Shown here: positions 14,066 through 27,164 of the stretch, piece after piece
Layout: every line of letters begins with the position of its first letter
Numbering within the stretch: position 1 is the stretch's first letter
DNA from: Mytilus edulis
Lineage: Eukaryota
Direction of reading: 5' to 3'
DNA length: 64,000 nt
Assembly (NCBI RefSeq): GCF_963676685.1
Contig: NC_092349.1
Location: 29,140,001 to 29,204,000 of the forward strand
The notes under the pieces: model-generated
Database searches by the model: none
Seen by the model: the letters and a program-made list of their open reading frames with translations, nothing else
What the model was told of the DNA's origin: nothing
Position numbers and translations under genes: made by a program

Positions 14066-14527
14066 GGTGTCAGACCACCAATTACTCCCTCCAATTTAGA
14101 ACGTATGTAAAAGTAGCCCTACTCTGACACAAAATAGTGCTTTTGATGTCCTTGTGTACTTAAACTTACCAACAAATTTGATGAAACTTTTGGTGAAAGA
14201 GAAATATATCTAGATCAGTTTGAGTCAAAATTTACTTGTCTATGAGTTTGTATTAAAAATTGAGGATTATAGTGCTCCATAGTATACTAATTTTAGATTT
14301 CCAGAAAACCAGGTTTTTTTTTGGAGTACCTCTGTTTGATAGTCAGTTATGTTGTTAGAAGGCTTTAAAGGTATGGTGAAAATTGGCATGTAGAAAGCTG
14401 ATACATGTACAATTAAGGATATACCTGGTTTATATGAAGTTAAACTTAAGGTAAAGTATTTAGAAAGCTGTAAAAATTGCAAAATTTGGTTGAACAGATA
14501 GGGATTTTTAATTGGTGGTCTGACACC
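14066..14527. mobile_element. PIF/Harbinger-like MITE
   Basis: TIR GGTGTCAGACC...GGTCTGACACC; flanks TAA and TGA. Confidence 0.7.
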
Positions 14528-14704
14528 TGAGGTCGAACAACTGATGTTCTTTAACCCTGTTGACTGCCATTGGCGATTGCCAAATAAAATTGATCGCAAG
14601 ATGTAACAAAATGGATCTTGATATAAATTTAATACTTAACAGTAAACAATAAACTTGTGGCCAAGAAGTTATGCCACAAGCATGAGGTGTCAATACTTTT
14701 ATGT

Positions 14705-14748
14705 ACACCAGATCTCGATATCGACAATAAATGTCTCTTCAGTGATGT
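14705..14748 (-). ncRNA. Degenerate type I hammerhead ribozyme
   Basis: ACATCA CTGAAGA GACA-TTTAT-TGTC GATA TCGAG ATC TGGTGT; core GAAA changed to GATA. Confidence 0.7.
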
Positions 14749-14761
14749 TAGGGATCGAAAC

Positions 14762-14763
<2 letters not shown>

Positions 14764-14800
<37 letters not shown>
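14764..14800. repeat. (TA)n microsatellite, left boundary of the 441-bp array
   Basis: Perfect TA run. Confidence 0.95.
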
Positions 14801-14803
<3 letters not shown>

Positions 14804-17370
14804 ACTCGTCTAAACATCAACTCAACAATGTTAGAACTGTAAATTTGCTTTCGCAAATTTTTGGTTCTTCCCTCGCCGGGATTCGAACCCATGCTACTGT
14901 GATATCGTGACACCAAATCGCCTGCACTGCAGCCGTCCCGCTAGACCACACGACCACCTGGGCTCTCAAAAAAAGAGCTTTCGGTGGCCATATGTTACCT
15001 TTCCACGTCAGTTTTAATCTAGCGGCGTACTACAGTACATGATATATAAGGCATGAAGATGTTATTGTTACAGATCAGCTAAATTATCTATAGTAAAGGA
15101 TCCTACAAATTAATGTAAGATACAGTCACCGAAAATAATTATATTCATAAGTACGTCTGAGTCAGTGACAACCCTACAACAGATGTATCCATCGGATCGC
15201 CATCAATGATGGTGATACATGGCTGTGTACATAATGTATATACAACTCGTCTAAACATCAACTCAACAATGTTAGAACTGTAAATTTGCTTTCGCAAATT
15301 TTTGGTTCTTCCCTCGCCGGGATTCGAACCCATGCTACTGTGATATCGTGACACCAAATCGCCTGCACTGCAGCCGTCCCGCTAGACCACACGACCACCT
15401 GGGCTCTCAAAAAAAGAGCTTTCGGTGGCCATATGTTACCTTTCCACGTCAGTTTTAATCTAGCGGCGTACTACAGTACATGATATATAATAGGCATGAA
15501 GATGTTATTGTTACAGATCAGCTAAATTATCTATAGTAAAGGATCGTACAAATTAATGTAAGATACAGTCACAGAAAATAATTATATTCATAAGTACGTC
15601 TGAGTCAGTGACAACCCTACAACAGATGTATCCATCGGATCGCCATCAATGATGGTGATACATGGCTGTGTACATAATGTATATACAACTCGTCTAAACA
15701 TCAACTCAACAATGTTAGAACTGTAAATTTGCTTTCGCAAATTTTTGGTTCTTCCCTCGCCGGGATTCGAACCCATGCTACTGTGATATCGTGACACCAA
15801 ATCGCCTGCACTGCAGTCGTCCCGCTAGACCACACGACCACCTGGGCTCTCAAAAAAAGAGCTTTCGGTGGCCATATGTTACCTTTCCACGTCAGTTTTA
15901 ATCTAGCAGCGTACTACAGTACATGATATATAAGGCATGAAGATGTTATTGTTACAGATCAGCTAAATTATCTATAGTAAAGGATCCTACAAATTAATGT
16001 AAGATACAGTCACAGAAAATAATTATATTCATAAGTACGTCTGAGTCAGTGACAACCCTACAACAGATGTATCCATCGGATCGCCATCAATGATGGTGAT
16101 ACATGCCTGTGTACATAATGTATATACAACTCGTCTAAACATCAACTCAACAATGTTAGAACTGTAAATTTGCTTTCGCAAATTTTTGGTTCTTCCCTCG
16201 CCGGGATTCGAACCCATGCTACTGTGATATCGTGACACCAAATCGCCTGCACTGCAGCCGTCCCGCTAGACCACACGACCACCTGGGCTCTCAAAAAAAG
16301 AGCTTTCGGTGGCCATATGTTACCTTTCCACGTCAGTTTTAATCTAGCGGCGTACTACAGTACATGATATATAAGGCATGAATATGTTATTGTTACAGAT
16401 CAGCTAAATCATCTATAGTAAAGGATCCTACAAATTAATGTAAGATACAGTCACAGAAAATAATTATATTCATAAGTACGTCTGAGTCAGTGACAACCCT
16501 ACAACAGATGTATCCATCGGATCGCCATCAATGATGGTGATACATGGCTGTGTACATAATGTATATACAACTCGTCTAAACATCAACTCAACAATGTTAG
16601 AACTGTAAATTTGCTTTCGCAAATTTTTGGTTCTTCCCTCGCCGGGATTCGAACCCATGCTACTGTAATATCGTGACACCAAATCGCCTGCTCTGCAGCC
16701 GTCCCGCTAGACCACGCGACCACCTGGGCTCTCAAAAAAAGAGCTTTCGGTGGCCATATGTTACCTTTCCACGTCAGTTTTAATCTAGCGGCGTACTACA
16801 GTACATGATATATAAGGCATGAAGATGTTATTGTTACAGATCAGCTAAATTATCTATAGTAAAGGATCCTACAAATTAATGTAAGATACAGTCACAGAAA
16901 ATAATTATATTCATAAGTACGTCTGAGTCAGTGACAACCCTACAACAGATGTATCCATCGGATCGCCATCAATGATGGTGATACATGGCTGTGTACATAA
17001 TGTATATACAACTCGTCTAAACATCAACTCAACAATGTTAGAACTGTAAATTTGCTTTCGCAAATTTTTGGTTCTTCCCTCGCCGGGATTCGAACCCATG
17101 CTACTGTGATATCGTGACACCAAATCGCCTGCACTGCAGCCGTCCCGCTAGACCACGCGACCACCTGGGCTCTCAAAAAAGAGCTTTCGGTGGCCATATG
17201 TTACCTTTCCACGTCAGTTTTAATCTAGCGGCGTACTACAGTACATGATATATAAGGCATGAAGATGTTATTGTTACAGATCAGCTAAATTATCTATAGT
17301 AAAGGATCCTACAAATTAATGTAAGATACAGTCACAGAAAATAATTATATTCATAAGTACGTCTGAGTCA

Positions 17371-17373
<3 letters not shown>
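14800..17373 (-). repeat. Head-to-tail array of ~5.8 near-identical 441-bp units, each with a tRNA-derived (SINE-like) head
   Basis: Unit starts at 14800, 15241, 15684, 16125, 16566, 17007 (period 441/443); only scattered substitutions between units. Confidence 0.97.
14862..14963 (-). ncRNA. tRNA-like Pol III head of unit 1 (repeated in all 6 units); not a canonical tRNA
   Basis: A-box-like TGGTCGTGTGG and B box GGTTCGAATCC with long spacing as in Leu/Ser tRNAs; acceptor stem does not pair well. Confidence 0.75.

Positions 17374-17403
<30 letters not shown>
17374..17403. repeat. (TA)n microsatellite, right boundary of the array
   Basis: Perfect TA run. Confidence 0.95.
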
Positions 17404-17407
<4 letters not shown>

Positions 17408-17489
17408 GTGCAAGCGATTTAGTGTCACGATATCACAGTAGCATGGGTTCGAATCCCGGCGAGGGAAGAACCAAAAATTTGCTAAAGCA
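17404..17489 (+). repeat. Inverted partial copy of the tRNA-like head
   Basis: TGCAGTGCAAGCGATTTAGTGTCACGATATCACAGTAGCATGGGTTCGAATCCCGGCGAGGGAAGAACCAAAAATTTGC is the reverse complement of the unit head with a few substitutions. Confidence 0.92.
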
Positions 17490-18224
17490 TAAGTTATAAA
17501 CCTTGAAATTTATTTATTTTTTTATTTTTTTTATCTTACTTCAAAGTTTATTATATATTTAAGAAAAATCTATGTTTATTAAGGCGAACATTTGTTTGAA
17601 AATGAATCAGATTTAAGAATATCTTAAACTAGGTTAAAAATTGGAAATTTATTTCAATTGAATTCAGTTTAAATTTATAGTGAATTCGATTTTTTTTCAG
17701 TGCAATACGTATAATTTATTTCAATTTGAAATATGATATGCATAAACTATGCATTTAATTTCATATTAAATGCATCATTTTAAGCAGTGAGATTACATTC
17801 AGTTCTTTTAATCAGACTCATCAATCATAAAAACACAGATGATTGATCTATGTTGTTTGATATGAAACAAAGAAAAACATTTTTTTCTTCGGGTTTAAAA
17901 CACATTTGATTATATATAATGCAATATATCATAATCGGAATCATATCTTCAGTTGGTAATGAACTTAATTAACTTTCTTTTACAATAATACTACATCTAC
18001 AGTCATCGAGTTTTCCCATTTCCACACTTTATCAGATAAGTAGTTGTTGTATATACATACGTTAATGAATGATAAATCCTTGTCTTAATTAAATGTGCAA
18101 TTGGAATGCAAAATAAACCGAAACTAAGAAAACGAATCTTAATAGATTGACTGTCTTTGATTTCTATAAAATCAAAGTTATTTGGGTTGAAGTGTGTTTT
18201 GGTATTTCGAATGTCATCAAAGTG

Positions 18225-18415
18225 AGATGGTTAGCGCTATAAAACCAGGTTTAAACCACCATTTTCTACATTTGAAAATGTCTGTACCAAGTCAGGAATA
18301 TGAAGTTCTTGTCCATTCGATTTTGATGTGTTTTGTTTTTGATTTTGCCATGTGATTATGGACTTTCCAAATTGATTTTCCTTTAAGTTCAGTATTTTTG
18401 TGATTTTACTTTTGA
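18225..18415 (+). repeat. Abundant short dispersed repeat ending GTTCAGTATTTTTGTGATTTTACTTTT
   Basis: Copies at ~24390-24610, ~33980-34090, ~39040-39260, ~40134-40190, ~54890-55100 (reverse), ~61290-61385. Confidence 0.8.
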
Positions 18416-18560
18416 TGACGTAAAGCTTTCTTGAATTTTGAAAATTTAGGTATTTTGAAGAGATGTATATAGAATTTATAAGCAACATTATTTTGAAATT
18501 GATTTTGATGAAAGATTCAACAATGTTTTACAAGTATGAAAGAAAAACGTCATCTCGTAC

Positions 18561-18662
18561 CTTATTTTCACCGTTTGGATCTATATCTGCTCTTTCTAAT
18601 AACAATTCAACTATGTCAAGATTTCCACCTCTAGCAGCTGAGTGTAAGAGAGTTTTATTAGA
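18561..18662 (-). CDS. Ankyrin-repeat exon (SNKTLLHSAARGGNLDIVELLLERADIDPNGENK)
   Basis: 102 bp, ttttag|...AAG|gtacga, phase 0-0, open frame; missed by the ORF track. Confidence 0.85.
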
Positions 18663-19453
18663 CTAAAATAAAAAAAAGCTTGTACTGTTTATAGCATGAT
18701 ATGGAAGCTAACAAAAACAATTATATTACATGATAAAATTACAAAAATGTATTTGTCATCATTTCGGGAAGTCAATGAAATTCAATCTTTTTTGCTAATC
18801 GCAATTTCGTTAAAACTGTTTATATAAATTACTTGTGTGCATAGTACATTTCAATGGTGATGTGTAATCGTATCCAGTTTTCATTGACAACGGTTGCCTT
18901 TTTTCCCAGAAGCTCAGTTGTTTTGTGTGTTTATTTTCCCATCCTCTACCAACAAAAAACCTGATCACCTTGGTATGGTCATTATTGTACGTGGCGTCTT
19001 ACTCAAAAAACAAATACACAACAATATCATTGTTAGTTGTTTCGCACTTGTAGTATAACAGTTGGTATTATAACGGGCAGATTTCAAGAAAGATGTTATA
19101 ATAAAGGCAATCGACATAGGACAAGAAATAGTTCTAGTTGTCAAAATTATATAACTGAAACAGACAAGCTGCTTACATTTACGTCTTTTGTGACGGAGTT
19201 GAAAGTTGTTCCGTAAGCAATAATATCAAATTTACTTTTTTTAATATGTATCAGGATATGTGTAATTAAAATATCATTTTTCTTTCTTTTTATTGGATGT
19301 CTCAAACGATTTAGAAATTGTAATACCTAGCTAATTTATTCATATTTTTGGGGCTTTGTATATTTCAATAAAACATTTTCAGTTTTATTCTTATTTGGTT
19401 TGATGAAAGATTTTACAAAGTTTGATTGTCCTGTAAAGGACGTCATCACATAC

Positions 19454-19555
19454 CCTATTTTCGTTATTCGGATCTTTATCTCCTCTTTCTAATAACAATT
19501 TAACAATGTTGATAAATCCACCTTTAGCAGCTGCGTGTAAGGGAGTATCACCATA
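19454..19555 (-). CDS. Ankyrin-repeat exon (YGDTPLHAAAKGGFINIVKLLLERGDKDPNNENR)
   Basis: 102 bp, tttcag|...AGG|gtatgt, phase 0-0. Confidence 0.9.
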
Positions 19556-19939
19556 CTGAAATAGAAGGTTTACAATGTTCGTATTAATATACAGACGTTT
19601 GTAATACAAACTATGTCATACAAATGATTAAAGTACAAAAAAAACATAGGCTAACAATGCGAGAATGATGAATTTCAAAATAGTTTTTCTTAATCGCATT
19701 TTTTTCTGAGACTGTTAATAAACTGTGTATTCGAATCCCATTGATTATAATAGAAAGTAGTTTGTACTGTTTGTGTACTCAATTATCATCCCCAACACAA
19801 ACTGAAAAAAGCTTTAAACTCCAACAAAACAAATACACTAACAACATCATGGTAAGTTGTCCTACACTCTTAGTATAACTGTTTGTATCATTACGGGCAG
19901 ATTTCAGAAAAGAGGTATCAATGCAGGCAATCGAAATAA

Positions 19940-22200
19940 AAGAGTGTCGAAAGATACCAGAGGGATGGTCAAACTCATGGATCGGACATAAACTGACAAA
20001 GCCATGGCTTAAAAAGTAACAGACAAAGGACAAATGATAGAACACAATACACACATCTGGTGCTCATGTTGTTACAAACCCAGTCAATAGTCTAATTCGG
20101 TAGGTCATGTTCGTCAAATGGGGAATGGAATTGTATTTACGACGTAAGGAACATATACGATATGATCTGTGAAACGAGTATTCCATAATGGTCAACCAAC
20201 TCGTGATAGCATCAGTAAAATTTACGAAGGGATGATTTCAACTTCAACTTTTTGAACTCTTGGTTTAGTAGCTTCCGTGTATGCAAGTACCATCTATCAA
20301 GGAAATCATGATAGGATATACAAGCCTGGGAATATAGTATCAATTGGGAGATACTGTATCTGTTGTATCCTTTTTGTCTTATTCGATGAGATAAATGTGT
20401 TCAACATAGTAACCAAATTTTGAATTATTTAGTGAGAGTATCTTTCTTCCTAAGAAGTTCCTGAATGAAGCCAGCCTCATTATAATAAAGAAAGAAGTAG
20501 GCAAGAAGAGGGTCACAATTGGTTCCCATTGGAATCCCAACAGTCTGTGGAAAAACACGTCCTCCAAACGTAACAAATATGTTGTCAAGTAAGAAATCAA
20601 GCATCTTGATAATCTTAGTTTCAGAATTTTGTTTTGTTAATTTGATTCAGAGTGATTCTTTACAAAAAGAGGGAAGAAAGATACCAGAGGGACGGTCAAA
20701 CTCATATATCGAAAATAAACTGACAACGCCAAGGCTAAAATTGAAAAAAACAAACAGACAAAAATAGTACACATGACATAAAATATAAAACTAATGAATA
20801 ACCAACACGGACCCCATCAAAAACTAGGGGTGATCTCAGGTACTCCGGAAGGTTTAGCAGATCCTACTCCACATGTGGCACCCGGCGTGTTGCTTATGAA
20901 ATAACAAATCCGGGAAATAGTCTAATTCGGTAGGTCACATTCATGAAAGGATAGGGGATTGTAGTTACGACGTAAGGAACATATCCGATATAATTTGTGA
21001 AACGGTTATTCCATAACGGTCAACAAACGCGTGATGGCGTCCTAAATTTACGAAGAGATGATTTCAACTTCACCATCTGGAACTATTGATTTAACAGCTT
21101 CCTTGTGAGCAACAACCCTCTATTAAGAAAATCATGATAGGAAATACAAATGAGGACTTATCCATCCCTAAGACAAGATACTTGCATACTTTTTTAGAAA
21201 ACAAAGCGAAGCCAACTCTTTCAATTTGTCTTTTAGTTTGAAATGGGGAATACTTGTGTAAAGTGTAGAAAAGTCAAATGTTTTTTTATCTATTGCAAGA
21301 TAAACAAAAGTAGTCTTAGATTGTACGTACTCCAAAAGATCGTTTCAATTTTTCAGTATCCCCATCGGATTCACGCCACCTAATAATAATTTCGAAACCC
21401 GGATTTGATGGTAGATAAAGCAGAGGTTTCGTTTTTTTGCGAAATTTGGGTCTTCAAGATTGACGTAGCATGGGTATTGATAGACCCTTTCAGTTTCTTA
21501 ATACTGATTTGTATCAACGACCTCACAGCCTTAAAAGAGGGACGAAAGATACCAAAGGGACAGTCAAACTCATAAATCTAAAACAAACTGACAACGCCAT
21601 GGGTAAAAATGAAAAAGACAAACAGAAAAACAATAGTACACATGACACAACATAGAAAACTAAAGAATAAACAACACGAACCCCACCAAAAACTAGGGGT
21701 GATCTCAGGTGCTTAATCTATTCGGAAAGAATAATTACGTCTTCGTTTTTGTGTTTAGCCATTTTTCATGCAAAATCCGCGACTGAATCCATAAGTATGT
21801 TGAAGGTTTATTTCCAATTGATTTGATTTAGGCTCACGATATTAAGGACCTTTGGATAACACATTTTGCAGGGAAGTGTTATTGACAATATAATAATGGT
21901 GAGGTCAACGGTAATAACGTTGCTAGCCGGAATGTTTGTGAATTGCGAACTAGCACAGGTGCAATCAGGAGGTTTAGATTTGTTGTCAATATTAAAATAT
22001 TGCAAAACGTTTTTGAAATTCGACATTTGGGTTGCTATTGGTTTGGTATAGGTATAAGAAATGATAGATACATGCTGATCTTTAAAATAAGGAGGTATTT
22101 TCGACAGAACTTATTTTTGATAACAGTTATTGCATAAGTTAACGCCATCGAGACCTTCGTTGTCAAATGAAAGTTTATGAATTGTATTTTAAATCAATCT
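19940..22200 (-). mobile_element. Fragmented, nested Penelope-like retroelement copies (RT pseudogene plus repeated 3' ends)
   Basis: Minus-strand frames read VGIPMGTNCDPLLA (~20500-20545), TFDFSTLYTSIPH (~21240-21285), YREPKSINW (~21815-21842); three copies of the 3' end AAGAG..GAAAGATACCA.AGGGA..GTCAAACTCAT at ~19940, ~20667, ~21535. Confidence 0.8.
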
Positions 22201-23648
22201 GTGCATAAGGATTAAGTTGATAACTTCTGTACATAAGTTAATAACGTATGAACATAAATATTTAGTTAATAACTTCTGTACATAAGGACTAAGTTAATAA
22301 CTTTTGTACACACAACATGCTCATGGTGATATGTATTCGAATCTTTTTTCAATTGATAAAGATTACTAGTTTTCCAGAAGGTCTGTTGTTCTGTCTATTT
22401 CCTCCGGGTTCATCCACCAACATTGTAAAACAAACTGACAATAGAAACTATTAATAACCGCAGATGTGTACAGTATTAATTAAACCAAATACGTAAGAAT
22501 AGGAACAATATATCCGACAACCTATACCATTACCAGCCATTAACAAACAAATACAGACCTATGTCTGAATAAATTGTTCCATTGAGTATTGTAAATAGGC
22601 AGTATATATTTTACATACCAGTACAGATAATTGAGATCTTTCATGTCCATGAAATCATGCTCTATGATTGTTAGATACAATAATGAGGAACTCAAGGGTG
22701 AAATCAAAAAGGTGAAGTCCGTAAAAACTGACAAAACCAATGGAAAGACCTGACAGGAACTGACATATTCTTGACTTGGTATCGGCAATTTTTAAAGAAA
22801 ATGTTGTCGTTAATGTGGTGTATAGGTTGTTCAACCTCCCATTTACATGACAATTATATATAGTTCCATTATATTGATAATATTGCTTGATCAATCAAAA
22901 CATACATACGTACATACATTATATCAACTATTTGTTTTAGATCATGACAAACACACAGTCACAACTAGCAAAGAGATCAACACAAACAAGCGTCTGGAGA
23001 TGATACTTAATAGAACTTCATAATCACACCTTAAAACAATACAGTTTGATTCAAGTAAACTATTGCTACGAGGCACACAAATCAAAGTCCGCTATACAAA
23101 TGGCATGCGTCCGAGTCAAACCTTTAGATTCAGCACAATCGGGAAGCCACAAAATCTAAAACACGAAAGCTGTATCATCATATACATAGTCATGTCAGGA
23201 GTCATACGGCCATAAAGGAAATAATAGTAAGAATACAAATATACGGAAAACTGTAAAGGTAATGATATGATACAGTGTCAAAAACTGAAATCATTAACTG
23301 AAGACCATCATGTATTATTATAAACTGTATATTCAAGCTAGTCAATTTTGCCACGGTAGAATAAATAACCAATTGACAAGTACATGATATAGTTAATGAA
23401 CTATTGAAATAACAAATCCACCAAGGCCCTCTTTCACCTTTGATTATAGTGTAAAACTTACATTTCACATTTTTGTTTATAAGATAAACATATGCATAAA
23501 CTACTAACTAGAAAATAATAGAGTCCAACTATTGAGAAATATAGGATTTGCAAGTGTCTCTGTAATATAGACATGTTCTTTTATTGAAATAACTGTAATT
23601 GTCGCGAAAGAATATAATTAACATATGTACATTCCCGTGTCCTTCGTT

Positions 23649-24290
23649 CATTTATGTTAGAGATCAATATTTTAACATGCATTATGGAGTCAATGCGTAT
23701 GATCTTTATTATTTACATGATTTAAATGCCATAGATGAATCTAGCAACTCATTCATTGAAAACGACTGTCTACTTTCTTCTACACAAAATACAACTTACG
23801 AAGATTTTTCATGTTAGTGTATGTTCACAAAGGTTGATATATATTCACTGATTCAGAGAACAAATCTTTGTCCCGTTACCTTTTTCACGAATGTAACGTA
23901 CCGAATTAGATTGTTTACTGTCTTTGTAATAACATGAGCAACACGTCGGGTGCCAGATGTGGAGAAGTTTATTTATGTTAGAGATCAATATTTTCACATG
24001 CATTATGGAGTCAATGCGTATGATCTTTATTATTTACATGATTTAAATGCCATAGATGAATCTAGCAACTCATTCATTGAAAACGAATGTCTACTTTCTT
24101 CTACACAAAATACAAGTTACGAAGATTTTTCATGTTGGTGTATGTTCACAAAGGTTGATATATATTCACTGATTCAGAGAACAAATCTTTGTCCCGTTAC
24201 CTTTTTCACGAATGTAACGTACCGAATTAGATTGTTTACTGTCTTTGTAATAACATGAGCAACACGTCGGGTGCCAGATGTGGAGAAGTT
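23649..24290. repeat. Recent tandem duplication, 2 x 321 bp
   Basis: Near-identical copies; single copy in the paralog at ~38620-38940. Confidence 0.92.
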
Positions 24291-25030
24291 CTGCTTACAC
24301 TTCTGGAACAGCCGGAGATTTTGGTGGTATTCGTGTTGCTGTTGTACCGCTTTTGTGTCTTTGTTTTGTTTACGCATCGTTGTCAATATAATGGAATTTT
24401 ATGCTACTGTCGTACAAGTGAGAGTTTAAGTACTATAAAAGCATGTTTAGACCACCATTTTCTACATTTGAGTGTGCCTGTACCAAGTCAAGAATATGAC
24501 AGTTGTTGATCATTCATGTCATGTGTTTTATTATTTGTTTTGCCATTTGAATAGGGTCTTTCAGTTTTTGAATTTTCCTCGGAGTTCAGTATTTGTGTTA
24601 TTTTACTTTTTATCGATATGTTGCAATTAAACAACATGTTAAAATTGGTATATGAAATTGTCGACAACAATGAATAACGCTTAAAAACTTTTTGAATAAA
24701 ATAGATAGTGGAAACGTGGATTGTGTCAAAAATACAAAAAAACAAAAAAAAAAAACAGAAAAGAGCCCAAGCAACCAACTGGTCTTATTCACAGCGATAA
24801 AATTCCTTACCTGGTGGTATGCTTTAGCTGGTTCTTAACAATAATGATAACTGGTTCAGCTAAAATGGACGTCACACTTATCCCAAAACAGATAAATGAA
24901 CCAGATTTTAAAAAAGATTCATTCAAGATTAACAAAGACCAGAGAAACCTGATTTGGAACAGGCAGAAAAATGTCCGAGTTCGATGTTTTGATAGGTAAC
25001 AGAGGAAACTTCCATATATAGAATGAAATA

Positions 25031-25231
25031 CTGTAAATTCAGACATTTTTGCTATGTTTAAATTACTGCGAAAAATCTGACAGGGTTATAATCGCAATGA
25101 TTTAAACTCGCATTTTTTTATATAAATTTTAATTATGAATTTTGTCAAAACCGCAAAAATCAAAATTGTATTTCAATCTAAAACGATAAAATTGCAATTA
25201 TAAATACACGCGATAATTTCTGAATTTCCAG
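25031..25231. mobile_element. TA-flanked MITE (paralog 39664-39879)
   Basis: TIR CTGTAAATTCAGA...TCTGAATTTCCAG with TA on both sides. Confidence 0.75.
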
Positions 25232-25812
25232 TATCAAAGAAAAAAATGTATTAAAAACGAATAGTGAAGAGAACAACTGAAGGTCTTACCACTACATAAA
25301 GCACACATATTTTGATCGAAAATGTTAACTTCCCGTTTAAAATGTCAATTCTGGTGTAAAAAAAATACAGCTAGATGCACGTTGTCTATTTTATGAAACA
25401 AATATGATTTCTACATACTTTTGATAAAAAATAAGGGAGAATGGTAGGTACTTCTGATTTTAGGTTTGGTAAAATTTAAACCTTACTTTACACTGATCTT
25501 AAAAATATAACGTTCTTGTAACTTAAAAATAGTGAAAAAAACAACAACTTCCTGGTTTCTAAAGGTTGCTTCCGGTTAATTTCTTTTTAAGTCAAAGACT
25601 GCTGACCCATGGTAAATAAACTTTATAGAAATAGGAAGATGTGGTATGAATGCCAATGAGACAACTCTCAACCCAAATAACAATTTATAAAAGTAAACGA
25701 TTATAGGTGAAGGTACGGCCTTCAACACGTAGCCTTGACTCACACCGATCAGCAAGCTATAAAGGACCCCAAAATTAGTCAATTAGGAAAACCTATGAGT
25801 CTAATCTATATA

Positions 25813-25968
25813 GTTTTTTGGTAGGGTTCGTGTTGATTATTCTTTAGTTTTCTATGTTGTGTCATGTGTGCTGTTGTTTGTTTGTCTTTTTCATTTTTAG
25901 CCATGGCGTTGTCAGTTTGTTTTAGATTTATGAGTTTGACTGTTCCTTTGGTATCTTTTGTCCCTCTT
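25813..25968 (+). mobile_element. Short Penelope-like 3'-end insertion, specific to the left duplicate
   Basis: Reverse complement of 21535-21690; absent at the paralogous site ~40525. Confidence 0.75.
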
Positions 25969-27164
25969 CTTTATAATAATGAGAAACGAGAAACACGTAT
26001 GAACTAAATCAACAAATGACAACTACTGTACATCAAATTCCTGACTTAGGACAGGTTTGACTTTATCATGTACCAATAATGATATACAACAAAGAATGAA
26101 ATGTAGAACGTTGATTTTGATTTTAACCTTGACCTCAATTTCAAGGTCTTAAAGCAAGGATGTTAATCAAAAGACCTGAATTATATGCTGTGTATGATTT
26201 ATCTGTTATAACAAATAAAGGCAACAGTAGTATACCGCTGTTCAAAATTCATTAATCGATAGAGAAAAAAAACACATCCAGGTTACAAACTAAAACTGAG
26301 GGAAATGTATCAAATATAAGAGATCTACGTCACAACAGAGACTCAACACCGAAATGTAAAACACTCAGAAACGAACTATAGTTTAACAATGGCCATTTTC
26401 CTGACTTGCTACAGGGCATTTTATGAAAAAAATGTTGGTTGAACCTGTTTTTCGGACATGCCAAACCTCCCGCTTTAAAGGCAGTGTTAATTATAACATT
26501 AAAATGACAACTTTACACGACAGGGCTACAATAAATAAATGGGAGAAAATATAGGACAGGGAAACAAACGAATAATAGCCATCAAAAGGTAACAGGTTAA
26601 AAAATATGTTTATACGCGAGACGTGCTACGTCCCCACAAAACTATGCTCAGATGAAAAAAGTTTGAAAGCCATAACAACTACAAAGCTAAATATCGCCGA
26701 GGATCAAGAGTTTCAAAAAGTTGTGAGGGCAGGGTTATCCGACCGGGAAAACAAAACATCAGTATTATCAAGAATTATACATAGTTTTACAAACAGCAAA
26801 TTTTGTAAAATGACTATATAATAGATATTCATGATAAAACTGAAGTGTTGACTAGCTAAAGACTAAAAACGAATACATGACAATCACAGCCGTGTTAGCC
26901 ATAGTCATTGCAACGCCCAAAGTGACATGACGTCATATATAAATTTCTAAAACGTGTTCCGAAAATCAAGAAATAATTTGAAATGCAAAATTAGATCTGT
27001 ATGACTTATCTTACTTATATCAATAACAGTGAAAATTATAATAATAATTAATATTTAATTGTAGTAAGTAGTTATACGAATTTGCACTCAGCAAAACAGT
27101 CACATTCGGTGATAAGTCACGTTCGGTAATAAAAAGATCAGACGACGTAATGACAAACCACAAT

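Larger units (their letters stand above)
17800..19920. repeat. Segmental duplication, two-exon part (paralog ~30800-32630)
   Basis: Collinear intron and exon similarity; exon offsets 12745 and 12755 bp. Confidence 0.85.

Noticed and set aside
14862-14963. Functional tRNA gene cluster (Leu/Cys/Sec-like)
   Set aside because: Acceptor and anticodon stems do not pair properly; treated as tRNA-derived
14629-17123. Six repeated ORFs starting MVSRYHSSMGSNPGEGRTK
   Set aside because: They are translations of the tRNA-like repeat (GSNP is the B box) and use non-ATG starts; no evidence of coding
14800-17373. CRISPR array
   Set aside because: Eukaryotic context, no unique spacers, no cas genes
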